This document shows, piece after piece, positions 18,721-28,689 of a stretch of DNA of 56,669 nt (the stretch's first letter is position 1; each line of letters opens with the position of its first letter). Source of the stretch: Gemmatimonadota bacterium (GTDB taxonomy: Bacteria; Gemmatimonadota; Gemmatimonadetes; Gemmatimonadales; GWC2-71-9). The stretch is taken from the NCBI GenBank assembly GCA_039591795.1, contig JBDHCY010000015.1, positions 1 to 56,669 of the forward strand, written 5' to 3'. Made by a program: the position numbers and the translations under genes. The notes beneath the pieces are model-generated. The model was not told the origin of the DNA. It did not search any database and saw only the letters and a list, made by a program, of their open reading frames with translations.

Positions 18721-19589
18721 TGGGTCGGCAGGCGGCGGACGACGATCGAGGCGGTCTGAACGACCGGTACAACGATGCCGCTGGTTACCACGAGGACGGC
18801 GAGATCCGTCGAGTCCTGGGCGGTGCCTCCCAGGTAGTCGCCGTGCGAACTGAAATACGAGAGGGCGCTGCGCGTGCCGCTTCCCTGGAGATCGAGTTCT
18901 TGACCTCCCTGCGATCCTCGACCGGCGAGTTCAGCGCGCGAATCGGTCGTGATTTCCAACGCCCGTAGTCCCTCGAACTCCGTCCAGGCCGTCGCTCGAT
19001 GGTCGGCGAAGGTGGTCACGTCCAGTTGGATGCCGCGCATCGAGTTGGACTGGCTCGTCGTATCGGTCCAGGCAGTGCCGGGCGTCGCCCCGGTGGGTGG
19101 CAGGCTCGGGTAGAACGAGCGGAGGGCGACTTCAATCTGCTGCGCGATGGTGCTGGTCGTGTCTCCTCCTCCGAATTCGAGGACACGGCCCCCGGTGTCG
19201 AGCCGCGCCAGGAACTCGATGCCAACGACGGCCTCGTAGAGGTCGCGCACGTCGATCCCTTGGACGTTCGACGTAGAGTCTGGGACCACAGAATCGATTG
19301 TCAGCGTGACCGCGAACCCCTCGATCCCCTCGACCACGGTGGATTCGAGAAACGTCTGGGTGAGGAGCAGCTGCTCCTGGCGCTGGCCCATGAACTCCTG
19401 GGTGATGCGGGTTTCGGCTCCGATGACGTAGGAGCCGGTAGTGGGCCGGAAACGGATCGAATCTGGCTCGGTCGAGGTGGGCGCCTGGACCTCCTGGACG
19501 GTGGCTTCGGGAGTCGCCGGCGTGCTGGCCGGGCGCCCGGCACAGGCAACCACCAGAACCAGAGCTGCTGGTCGCAACAACAGTTTCAC
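18717..19589 (-). CDS. Hypothetical lipoprotein
   Basis: Lipobox VVAC, Pro/Thr linker and beta-rich body. 4-nt overlaps with both neighbours. Confidence 0.7.
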   Translation of the reverse strand: MKLLLRPAALVLVVACAGRPASTPATPEATVQEVQAPTSTEPDSIRFRPTTGSYVIGAETRITQEFMGQRQEQLLLTQTFLESTVVEGIEGFAVTLTIDSVVPDSTSNVQGIDVRDLYEAVVGIEFLARLDTGGRVLEFGGGDTTSTIAQQIEVALRSFYPSLPPTGATPGTAWTDTTSQSNSMRGIQLDVTTFADHRATAWTEFEGLRALEITTDSRAELAGRGSQGGQELDLQGSGTRSALSYFSSHGDYLGGTAQDSTDLAVLVVTSGIVVPVVQTASIVVRRLPTQ

Positions 19590-19807
19590 TGAGGTTCCCC
19601 GCTGGTCGGAGTAGCGACTCTGGGACGGCCAAACACGGCAGCGATTTCGTCCCCCTCACTGCTGACCTTGAGCAAACGCCACCCACGCCGGGTCATATCA
19701 CTGCGCCAACTGATGAGCTTCTCCCACTGTGAGGCTGGCGCTCGCAGCACCCGGATCTCAGCGCGGTCTTCCCAGGAAACCGGGTAAGGCGCACCGGGAG
19801 CGGTCAT
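19586..19807 (-). CDS. Small hypothetical protein (73 aa)
   Basis: ATG 19807, because the longer ORF-track start overlaps rnpB. …MTRRGWRLLKV…AVFGRP resembles the DUF4177 C-terminal pattern. Confidence 0.6.
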   Translation of the reverse strand: MTAPGAPYPVSWEDRAEIRVLRAPASQWEKLISWRSDMTRRGWRLLKVSSEGDEIAAVFGRPRVATPTSGEPQ

Positions 19808-19843
19808 CGCGAACCTCCGAGGGATCGGAGTGGGGTAGCGGGC

Positions 19844-20203
19844 GGTGAAGCCGTAAGCCGAGTTCTGTTCGCCCGTGTCCACGGGCGTGCGGTCATCTGT
19901 CTGGGATGGCGGTCGCCCGCCACCTCGTGCGGCCTACCCGCAGCTCAAGCGGTCCGGGCCGGACCTCGCTGCCTATTTGGCCTTGCTTCGACTGGGGGTT
20001 GCCGTGCCACGCCTGTTGCCAGGACGCGCGGTGGGCTCTTACCCCACCGTTTCACCCTTACCCCGACTTGTGGGGCGGTCTGTTTTCTGTGGCCCTTTCC
20101 ATCGCCTTACGGCGCCCAGGTGTTACCTGGCAGCCCTGCCCTGTGAAGCTCGGACTTTCCTCGGGGACTAGCATGCGCAGCCCCGCGACCGCCACACCTC
20201 ACC
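19844..20203 (-). ncRNA. rnpB: RNase P RNA (bacterial type A)
   Basis: Reverse complement contains GAGGAAAGTCCGAGC, GAAACGGTGGGGTAAGAGCCCACC, AGCAAGGCCAAATAGG and ACAGAACTCGGCTTA. Terminal P1 is GGTGAG/TTCACC. Confidence 0.97.
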
Positions 20204-20339
20204 AAACCCGCCACATGCAATCTAATCGAGCCACGGCGGGTTTGCCCTGTCGCGTGCCGGGTTTTGGCATCGCGGGGGGTTGATGGCGCGTTGAGCTGGT
20301 GTGCGCAGGGTGCCGTGGGCCACGAGTTGGGGGGAACGG

Positions 20340-21314
20340 ATGAGTGTGCCGACGGTGTGTACAGTACTGATGCCGGCCGAGCGTGCGCGCGTCGAGGCTG
20401 CGGGAAGCGGCTACTTCCACGCGGCGCACGCCGAGTCATTGCCGGCAGTCCTCCGGACAGTGCGAGGGCGGCACGTCGATGCGGTGCTCCTCTCGGTTCA
20501 CCGCTGTGACCGTGCTGCGCTCGGTGACATCGTCACCCTCGTGCGCGAGTTCCCGGCGATACCCACCGTGGCGCTCGTGTCACGCTACGATCCACGCGCT
20601 TCAACGGCCCTTCTCCAGCTCGGGGCAACGGGAGTCCGCGACGTGGTGGACCTCACAGCCCCGGCCGGCTGGTCCCGGCTGAGGGATGTCATCGCGCACC
20701 CGGCCTCACCGGTGGTCGCACGGATACTCGCGGGCGTACTGCCACGCATTGCCGAGGCTCCTGCCGGATCGAGGCTCTTCTTCGAAGCCGCGGCGCGTCT
20801 CGCCCCCGCAGTGAGTACCGTGCGGGCTTTGTGCCGCCATTTCGGTGTGCCGGCAAGTACCGTGATGTCTCGGTTCTTTCGCGCGGGACTGCCGTCGCCG
20901 AAGGTGTATTTGTCGGAACTGCGACTCTTGCATGCTGCCCATCTCTTCGAAACGCCGGGGTTGTCCGTCGCCGACGTTGCCTATCGGCTCGACTACTCGT
21001 CGCCTCAGAGCTTCGGTCGGCATCTCAAGACGACGCGCGGGATGACAGCAACAGAATTCCGGTCGCGGTTCCCATTCGATACCGCCCTCAGCCAGTTCGT
21101 GAACGCGATGGTCGAGCCGTATCGGGAGGTGCTGTGCCGTTTCCATCCCTTGAACATCGGGGCCTTGGACCATGGACGCGACGCAGTGGAGCGGCCAGCC
21201 CTCCCACCAGTCGTCCGCGCGTCAGGCGATGTCAGCTCTTGGAGTCGGCCGGTGGTGAGGATGGGTGATCGCGCGTCCCGGCGCGCTTCCCTACCACCGA
21301 GAAGCGCGAAATAG
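20340..21314 (+). CDS. AraC-family HTH transcriptional regulator with degenerate receiver-like N-terminus
   Basis: C-terminal …SVADVAYRLDYSSPQSFGRHLK…GMT AraC HTH. Start placed at ATG 20340. Confidence 0.85.
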   Translation: MSVPTVCTVLMPAERARVEAAGSGYFHAAHAESLPAVLRTVRGRHVDAVLLSVHRCDRAALGDIVTLVREFPAIPTVALVSRYDPRASTALLQLGATGVRDVVDLTAPAGWSRLRDVIAHPASPVVARILAGVLPRIAEAPAGSRLFFEAAARLAPAVSTVRALCRHFGVPASTVMSRFFRAGLPSPKVYLSELRLLHAAHLFETPGLSVADVAYRLDYSSPQSFGRHLKTTRGMTATEFRSRFPFDTALSQFVNAMVEPYREVLCRFHPLNIGALDHGRDAVERPALPPVVRASGDVSSWSRPVVRMGDRASRRASLPPRSAK

Positions 21315-22953
21315 ATGTGCGCAGACGCTCAGCGAGCTGCGCGAGTTGTTGGGAGGTTGCTGAGAGGTCGGCGAGCGAGGCGATCTGCGTTCTGGATGCT
21401 CCGGCGGTTGTGTCTGCGCCGTCACCGGCACGGCGCGAGATGGTAGCCACTCCGTCCATCGCCTCGGCCAGGCCGGCAAGCCGCTGCGCCTGGGCGCGCG
21501 AGATCTGGGCGGTAGCGTGGACGAGATCGCCTACGAGTGTTACGCCATCTTCGAGTTCTTGGAGCGCGGTATCGGCCTCTTCGGCAACGGCGCCGACATC
21601 GCGTACTCGCTCTTCGCCCACGTGCATCGCTCGCGCGACGACGCCGATTTCGGACCGCAGCTCGCTGATCAACTCCGCGGCTTCACGGGCTGAGCGGGCA
21701 GCCTCGGCTGCCAATGTGCGGACTTCGTCAGCAACCACGGCAAAGCCCTCGCCCTGCTCTCCCTCGGCCTGCGCCGCTTCAATCGCCGCGTTCAAGGCGA
21801 GGAGATGAGTCTGACGCGCGATACGCGCGATCGTGTCGGCGAACTTGCCGATGTGGGCCGACATGCCGGTCAGTGCGTTCACAGTCTGCGCAGTGCTTCG
21901 CACCTCGTCACCGACCGTCCGCAAAACAGTGCTTGCCCGCCGCACCCGCTCCCTCCCACGCTCCGCCGCTGCGAGCAATCGCTGCGCGTCCGACTCCATC
22001 ACTTCGGCGCGAACGCGCAAGGTCTCAGCCTGGTGAGCGGCTTTGACGCTTTCTCCACGGCCCTCTCCCGCCAGCGTACGCTGCTGCCGAAGTTCATCTG
22101 CTACGCCAGCCGCCGCGTGGCTGGCCTGCTCGCCCGCAGCGTGCAGTTCCTGGGTCGAGGCCGCTAGTTCCTCCGCGTACGCGGCTACCTCGTCGGCTTC
22201 GCGCTGCACGACGGAGATTGTCGCGGCGATCTGATCGAGCATGCGGTTGAGGCTCCGCTCGAGCGCTCCGAGCTCATCGCCGTGTGCCCCGCCCGCCCGG
22301 GCACTCAAGTCTCCCCGTTCGACGTCAGCCATCACGGCGCGCGCCTCACGAATCCGCTCCATCAAGGACGAAGGAATCTGCTTGAGCGCCATCGCGGCGA
22401 TGATGAATACCACCGTTTCGACGTACGCAGCGGTGGGGACTGCGGAGATAGGTCCATACAGTCGCGCATGCGCTGCGCTGGCCGCGAGGTAGGCGACGGC
22501 CGCGAGAACGATGACGAGATCACCGACTCGCCGCCCCTGTTCGAAGCCGTACGGCAGTACGGCCAGCAACAGTGCCGCGACCATCCCGCCATGGCCGAAG
22601 AAGAACACGAGGAGGGAGACGATGGAGACGTCGAGCAGCGCGAGGAGGTACACACTCCACCATCGAAATCGCCGCCGCCGTTGCGAGCCTGAGATCCCGA
22701 CATTCGCCAGTGCGGCGATGCCGAAAGCGGTGATCACCGCTTCCGGTGAGGCGGGCACCAATCCGCCGGCCCACCCCAGAAGCGTGATGCTGAATCCTCC
22801 AACGAGGAGTGGCCAGCGGCGGCGGTAGCCACGGTCGAACGTCGCCCTCTCTTGCTGTCGCTGCTCGGCGAACTCTCCCGCCTCGTGAGTTCGCCCGCCT
22901 ATCCAGGCCGCAAGAGCAGGGCGAGGGGTGGGTGGGGCGGGGTGGGCGGACAT
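21232..22953 (-). CDS. Methyl-accepting chemotaxis protein (multi-TM N-terminus, HAMP, MA domain)
   Basis: About 6 hydrophobic segments, HAMP DELGAL..SLN.M, and signalling tip LLALNAAIEAA…GFAVVADEVR.LA. Confidence 0.92.
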   Translation of the reverse strand: MSAHPAPPTPRPALAAWIGGRTHEAGEFAEQRQQERATFDRGYRRRWPLLVGGFSITLLGWAGGLVPASPEAVITAFGIAALANVGISGSQRRRRFRWWSVYLLALLDVSIVSLLVFFFGHGGMVAALLLAVLPYGFEQGRRVGDLVIVLAAVAYLAASAAHARLYGPISAVPTAAYVETVVFIIAAMALKQIPSSLMERIREARAVMADVERGDLSARAGGAHGDELGALERSLNRMLDQIAATISVVQREADEVAAYAEELAASTQELHAAGEQASHAAAGVADELRQQRTLAGEGRGESVKAAHQAETLRVRAEVMESDAQRLLAAAERGRERVRRASTVLRTVGDEVRSTAQTVNALTGMSAHIGKFADTIARIARQTHLLALNAAIEAAQAEGEQGEGFAVVADEVRTLAAEAARSAREAAELISELRSEIGVVARAMHVGEERVRDVGAVAEEADTALQELEDGVTLVGDLVHATAQISRAQAQRLAGLAEAMDGVATISRRAGDGADTTAGASRTQIASLADLSATSQQLAQLAERLRTSISRFSVVGKRAGTRDHPSSPPADSKS

Positions 22954-22957
22954 GATC

Positions 22958-23530
22958 CTACGGTGCGTCGTGGAGACCGAGGTCCGCCACGGTCAGAAGG
23001 ACAAACACGTCGCACTGGTCCGCCTCTAGCGTCTCTCGACCCCCCTCGAGCCGATCGACGACGGCGAGTACGCCGAGCGGGCGGCCTCCTGCTGCACGCA
23101 CGGCGGCGAGAGCGGCTTGCGCGGAAGCGCCAGTCGTAATCACGTCCTCCACCACAACCACATCACGGCCTCGGACGCTCGCGCCCTCGATGCGCCTCGC
23201 TCGGCCGTGTTCCTTTGCGGCCTTCCTCACTGAGAACGCGTCGATGACGGTCGAACGGTCGCACGAGGCCCGGGCGATCGCATAAGCGACGGGGTCGGCG
23301 CCGAGAGTGAGGCCGCCGACGACAGCCGGCGCCCAGCCGAGCCGGTCGAACGCCTGAAGTCCTAATGCCCCGATCAGCTGGAGACCCTTGGCGGTCATCG
23401 TGGTCCGCCGCGCGTCGATGTAGTATGAGGACTGCTTGCCCGACGACAGCGTGAAGTCACCCCGCGCGACCGACTGAGTGGCGATCAACGTGCGCAACTG
23501 CGCGAGGAGGTCGGTCTCGGCCTGGCTCAC
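22958..23530 (-). CDS. pyrE: Orotate phosphoribosyltransferase
   Basis: GDFTLSSGKQSSYYID, GGLTLGADP, RKAAKEHG and VVEDVITTGAS. Confidence 0.96.
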   Translation of the reverse strand: MSQAETDLLAQLRTLIATQSVARGDFTLSSGKQSSYYIDARRTTMTAKGLQLIGALGLQAFDRLGWAPAVVGGLTLGADPVAYAIARASCDRSTVIDAFSVRKAAKEHGRARRIEGASVRGRDVVVVEDVITTGASAQAALAAVRAAGGRPLGVLAVVDRLEGGRETLEADQCDVFVLLTVADLGLHDAP

Positions 23531-24438
23531 GTCCCTCGGCGGAAGAGCCCCCTGATCCCTCCCCAGACTCCCTTTTCGACCGGATCCGTTCCACCCTGGC
23601 TCACCGCTTGAGCGAAGTCCTCGGCGAACGCCTTGACGCTTGAGTGCCGAGCTGCTGGGTCACGCTCGAGGCTACGCATGACCGCGGCCTCGACGGCGGG
23701 GTGAAACTCCCGATCGTGGACCGCCTGGCTCAGGGGCCTCGGTGACTCTTGAAGGAGTTGCTGGAACAACACGCGAGGATTACGGCCCGTGTACGGGTGC
23801 TCGCCAGTGAGTAGGTAGTAGGTGATCGTGGCGACTGAGTAGATGTCGGCGGACTCACCTACCAGTTCGCCGCTGAGCGTCTCGGGAGCGACGTATTGGA
23901 GCGTGCCTACGAAAAAGCCAGCGCGTGTCAGTCGATCTGATGCTGCTTGCTCGGCATCGCGAGCAATGCCGAAGTCGAGGAGCTTCACATGCTCCTCGCT
24001 CGGGTCGAACATAATGTTCTCTGGCTTGAGATCACGATGGATGATCGCCGCAGCGTGTGCGGCAGCCAGCGCATCGGAGAGTTGGTTCACGATCGAGGCA
24101 GTGAGCTGTGGAGGGAGTGGACCGCGTCGTGCGACGTGCTCCGCCAACGATTCCCCGACTGCCCACTCGAGTGCGAGATAGTAGACACCGTCGGCGGAGC
24201 CGTAATCGTAGGTTCGCACCACGCCTGGATGCTCCACGCGAGACCCGTAGCCCGCCTCGCGCAAGAAGCGCTTCACAGCGGTCTGATCGCTACGCAACCT
24301 CTCCCGCAGAACCTTGACGGCGCACGTACCGTGCGACGGATGCTCCGCGCGGTACACCGTCGCAGTGCCGCCCTCGCCTATTCGCTCGGTCAGGCTATAG
24401 CCTTCGAGCGTCGTTCCAGACAGGTCTTCTTGAGCCAT
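23527..24438 (-). CDS. Hanks-type Ser/Thr protein kinase (catalytic domain only)
   Basis: IGEGGTATVY, AVKVL, HRDLKPEN, DFG and GTLQYVAPE. Start placed at ATG 24438. Confidence 0.95.
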   Translation of the reverse strand: MAQEDLSGTTLEGYSLTERIGEGGTATVYRAEHPSHGTCAVKVLRERLRSDQTAVKRFLREAGYGSRVEHPGVVRTYDYGSADGVYYLALEWAVGESLAEHVARRGPLPPQLTASIVNQLSDALAAAHAAAIIHRDLKPENIMFDPSEEHVKLLDFGIARDAEQAASDRLTRAGFFVGTLQYVAPETLSGELVGESADIYSVATITYYLLTGEHPYTGRNPRVLFQQLLQESPRPLSQAVHDREFHPAVEAAVMRSLERDPAARHSSVKAFAEDFAQAVSQGGTDPVEKGVWGGIRGLFRRGT

Positions 24439-24493
24439 AGAATGGGCGAAAGTAACGTAGTGACTTGGGCTTGAGCAAGGGTGACACCGGCCG

Positions 24494-25874
24494 ATGTCAA
24501 GGCTGACAAAGCATTTCCGCGTGACCGCTCTTCGGCACGGGGCGCTGATGCACACCGCCAGCTATCTGCTGCTGGCCGGCGCGTGTGCGCTGACCAGCCG
24601 GGCGTCGACGCCCGCAGCGGGCGGCCCTGCAGAACTGCGCGACCCGACCGCGCTGTATCACGACATGGGGCTCCTCGCCACCAGCGGAGCTCTCCCTTTC
24701 GTGGCGTCTCTTCGTGTCCTCGCCGGCCCAACCCCCGATTCAACGCTCTTGGTGCTCGCCATCTCGTTGGCAAGTGAATCGCTCGCATTCCGCCGCACTG
24801 ATACGACGTATGTCGCGAATTACCGGGTCAGCGTTGAGTTCGGCGCCGACCCCCGCTTGACGCTGAAGAGTGACGAGACTGTGCGAATTGGCAGTTACGA
24901 GGAGACACGGCGCGCGGGGGAGAGCATCCTATTCCAAAGGTTCCTGGCCGTGCCCTCAGGGACCTACGACGTGCGCGTGCGCGTGAGGGATCTCCGTAAT
25001 GACACGGAGGGCGTGAGTGAAGGGATTGTGACGGTGCCACCAGTCGGAGTGACTCCGGGGCTCGCGGCTCCCGTTCCCGTGTACCGCGGTACAGCGCGCG
25101 ATTCCTTCTCCGAAACACCCCGGCTCGTCGTGAACCCGCGAGGTTCCGGCGCGTACGGGGTCGATACGCTCCGGCTGTACCTCGAAGGCTATCAATTGCC
25201 TGTAGGATCGGTCGCCAGGGTGTGGGCCACTGACCCGCAGGGCAGGATCGTGTGGCGTGACAGCCTCACGGTCGAACGTGCTCGCGTCCTGAGCGGATGG
25301 GTGATCGACGTGCCGCCGCACGTACTGCCCGTGGGCAGGATCGACGTGAGGGCGCAGTGGCTCGACCGGCCGCCCAGCGATCGCCTCGCGCTACTAATGA
25401 GCCTCTCAGAGCGGTGGATCACGCTGACCTTCGAAGAGATGTTGAGCCTTCTGCGGTACTATGAGCATCCGGCGGCGGTGGATTCGCTCGAGCGGACGCC
25501 AGCAGATCAGCGAGCGGACGAGTGGTCCCGCTTCTTGCAAGCGACCGATCCGAACACGGACACTCCGGCGCACGAGGGCTTGGACGCCTATTTTCGACGT
25601 CTCGTCGACGCCAACCGGCGGTTCTCTGAGCGGGCAGCCGGGCTGGTTGAGCGAACGTGGAGAGGTATACATCACGCTCGGCCAGCCGGACGAGGTCGCC
25701 GAGACACGCGCGGAGTCTGCTTCAGGGAGGCCGCAGGGAATCAGGTGGGCCTATCACGACCTGCAAGTGCTGCTTCTCTTCCAGGATGAGACGGGCTTTG
25801 GGAGGTTCCGATTGACACCTGACTCGAGAATCGAGTACCAGCGCACCCTAAATCGCCTGCGCCGAAACCTGTGA
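24494..25874 (+). pseudogene. GWxTD-domain lipoprotein with a frameshift near 25631 (true pseudogene or sequence error)
   Basis: ORF 24494 reads …FLQATDPNTDTPAHE…ANRRFSE. The homologous continuation GQPGWLSERGEVYITLGQPD…W.Y is in the +1 frame ending at 25874. Confidence 0.75.
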
Positions 25875-28618
25875 CGGACGAGCGGCAGCGGCTCTTTCTG
25901 ATCGACGGCCACGCTCTCGTCTACCGGGCGTTCTTTGCCATGGCACGGCGCCCCCTCACGACGAGCCGAGGAGAGAACACCTCAGCGGCTTGGGGCATCG
26001 CAAACTTCCTGATCCGGCTTTTCAGAGAGCATCAGCCGCACCGCATCGCGTGGATCTTCGACAAGGGCGACTCTTTCCGCCACGAGATGTTCCCAGCCTA
26101 CAAGGCCACCCGTGAGAAGCTCGACGCGGCGCAGCAAGAGGACTTCGATCGCTCGATGGAGCGCACCGCCGAGCTGCTACGGGCCTGGCGGGTGCCAGTC
26201 GTCACCGTGGAGGGATACGAGGCCGACGACGTGATCGGAACACTGGCTTCGCAGGCAACACGTGCCGGGGTCGAGACGGTGGTCGTTTCTGGCGACAAGG
26301 ACTTCTACCAACTGATCAACGAGGACGTCACCCTCCTGAATCCAGGTCGGCGAGGCCCCGCGGCAGTGGACGAGGAGTGGGTCGATGAGTCGAACGCCAG
26401 CGAGCGCCTGGGCGTTCCCCCGAATCGGGTTGTCGATTTCCTGGCGCTCGTCGGAGATAGCTCCGACAACGTCCCGGGGGTCCCCGGTGTGGGCGCGAAG
26501 ACTGCGCGCCAACTCCTCACACAGTTCGGCGACCTCGATGCAGTGCTCGGGCAGGCCAGTGACGTTCCCTCGCGAAAGGTCCGAGAGGCGCTGCTCGGTC
26601 ACGCAGATACTGCGCGGCTTTCACGGGAGCTCGTCACGATACGGCGCGACGTGCCGGTGTCGCTCGACCTCGACGCGTTGACCGTTCAACCCCCGGATCA
26701 GGACGCCCTATTGCGCCTCCTCGCTGAGCTGGAGTTTCACACCCTCGTTCCACAGGTCGCGTCGGGAGGGGCGCCTGCCGAATCCCCTCCTGTGACCGTT
26801 GTGCAGGACGTTGCAGAGCTCGAACGAGCCGTCGCCGCAGCCCGCTCGAGCGGCCGCGTGACCCTGGCGGTCGAGGGAACCCAGAGCGATCCCATCTCCG
26901 CGGACCTCGTCGGTATCGCGATGGCCGTGAGTCCGGAACAGGTGTGGTACTTCCCGCTCGGGCATGAGCGAGAACCTGAATTACTCATGGCCGAAGTGCC
27001 GTGGTGCAACTTGCCGCCCCTGGGCGACACGAGCGTCGGCCCGCTCGTCGAGCTGCTCGAAGACGCGCGTGTTTCGAAGCTCGGCTACGACCTCAAGCAC
27101 TCCTGGCTCATACTTAGGGGTGCCGGTGCAGAATTGGGGGGCGCAACCTACGACGTGCTGCTCGCGAGCTTCGTGCTCGACCCGGGCCGGAGGTCACACG
27201 CACTCGGTGCCTTGGCACTTGAGCGTCTTGGACAGCCAGCCCCCGCAGACGGTGCGAACCGGGGGCGAGCCAGGAACACGACACCCCCGGCACAGAGAAC
27301 GCCAGCAGACGCCGGGGCTCGCCTTGGCGAAGCGTGCCGCCTGGCGTTCCAGCTGGCCGACGGATTCGAGTCCGAACTCGTGACTTACGGGTTGGGTGGA
27401 CTTCTGAACGATCTAGAGGTTCCGCTCATCGAGGTGCTCGTCGATATGGAGTGGCGCGGGATCGCCATCAATCCAGAATGGTTCGCCCGGCTCGCTCGAG
27501 AGCTCGCTGCGGAGCTCCGGGACCTGGAAGGTCGAATTCACGAGGCGGCAGGGGTCGAGTTCAACGTGAACTCAACGGCACAGCTGCGACACGTCTTGTT
27601 CGAGAAGCTGATGTTGCCGGTGGTGAAGCGGACCAAGACCGGCCCATCGACTGACGCCGACGTACTCGATCAACTTGCCACACAGGGACACGAGGTGCCG
27701 CAGTTGATTCTGCAGTACCGTGAGCTCGCGAAGCTCAAGTCCACGTACGTCGACGTCCTCCCGGCCAGGGTGAACAAGAGGACGGGCCGAATCCATACCC
27801 GCTTCAACCAAGCGGGAGCAGCGACCGGGCGAGTGTCGTCCTCAGACCCAAACCTGCAAAACATCCCGATCCGGACGGCGCGCGGGGAGGAGATCCGGCG
27901 CGGGTTCGTCGCTGCACCTGGCTGTTCGTTCATCGTTGCGGACTATTCGCAGATCGAGCTCCGTCTTCTGGCACATCTCTCCGGCGACCCAGGGTTCGTT
28001 GACGCCTTTTCCCGCGGCGGAGACATCCACCGCCAGACCGCGTCAGTCGTGTTCGGGGTGGAGTCTGAGAACGTGACAGCCGAGATGCGCGCCCGCGCGA
28101 AGACGATCAACTTCGCGACGATCTATGGACAGGGTCCCTACGCCCTCGCTCGCCAGTTGGGCATTGCGCAGGACGAAGCGCGGCAGTTCATTCGCGAGTA
28201 CTTCGAGCGCTTCGCCGGCGTCCGAGCCTGGCTCGACCGGACCGTTGCCGATGCTCGCGCGAATGGCTATGTCGAAACGATCCTGGGCCGTCGCCGGTAC
28301 ATCCCGGAGCTCAGGGATCAGAGTCACTCCGTGCGGAGCTTTGGGGAGCGTACGGCGACGAACTCCCCCCTTCAGGGGTCGGCGGCGGACATCATCAAGT
28401 TGGCCATGATCCGAATCCACCGAACCCTCAAAGAGCGCCAACTGGCGGCCTGGCTGCTGTTGCAAGTGCACGACGAACTGGTGCTCGAGGCAGAGCAAAG
28501 TGCGGTGGACATGACGCGAAGTGTCGTGCAGAATCAGATGGAATCGGTCACACAACTGCGCGTGCCGTTGGTCGTAAATGTCGGTGTGGCAACGAGTTGG
28601 CTCGAAGCCAAGGCGTAG
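25871..28618 (+). CDS. polA: DNA polymerase I
   Basis: LIDGHALVYRAF, EADDVIG, GDSSDNVPGVPGVG, SSSDPNLQNIP, DYSQIELR, AKTINF and LQVHDEL. Confidence 0.99.
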   Translation: MTDERQRLFLIDGHALVYRAFFAMARRPLTTSRGENTSAAWGIANFLIRLFREHQPHRIAWIFDKGDSFRHEMFPAYKATREKLDAAQQEDFDRSMERTAELLRAWRVPVVTVEGYEADDVIGTLASQATRAGVETVVVSGDKDFYQLINEDVTLLNPGRRGPAAVDEEWVDESNASERLGVPPNRVVDFLALVGDSSDNVPGVPGVGAKTARQLLTQFGDLDAVLGQASDVPSRKVREALLGHADTARLSRELVTIRRDVPVSLDLDALTVQPPDQDALLRLLAELEFHTLVPQVASGGAPAESPPVTVVQDVAELERAVAAARSSGRVTLAVEGTQSDPISADLVGIAMAVSPEQVWYFPLGHEREPELLMAEVPWCNLPPLGDTSVGPLVELLEDARVSKLGYDLKHSWLILRGAGAELGGATYDVLLASFVLDPGRRSHALGALALERLGQPAPADGANRGRARNTTPPAQRTPADAGARLGEACRLAFQLADGFESELVTYGLGGLLNDLEVPLIEVLVDMEWRGIAINPEWFARLARELAAELRDLEGRIHEAAGVEFNVNSTAQLRHVLFEKLMLPVVKRTKTGPSTDADVLDQLATQGHEVPQLILQYRELAKLKSTYVDVLPARVNKRTGRIHTRFNQAGAATGRVSSSDPNLQNIPIRTARGEEIRRGFVAAPGCSFIVADYSQIELRLLAHLSGDPGFVDAFSRGGDIHRQTASVVFGVESENVTAEMRARAKTINFATIYGQGPYALARQLGIAQDEARQFIREYFERFAGVRAWLDRTVADARANGYVETILGRRRYIPELRDQSHSVRSFGERTATNSPLQGSAADIIKLAMIRIHRTLKERQLAAWLLLQVHDELVLEAEQSAVDMTRSVVQNQMESVTQLRVPLVVNVGVATSWLEAKA

Positions 28619-28631
28619 CATACCTCTTGCA
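28616..28631 (+). promoter_or_regulatory. Sigma54-like promoter for the pilin gene, overlapping the polA stop codon
   Basis: TAGCATACCTCTTGCA has an ideal -12 TTGCA and correct spacing, but -24 is AG rather than GG. Confidence 0.35.
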
Positions 28632-28689
28632 ATCGGAGCCCACGGGGGCGTACGTACACCCTCGGCGGTTTGGACTTCAGAGGGGGCCG

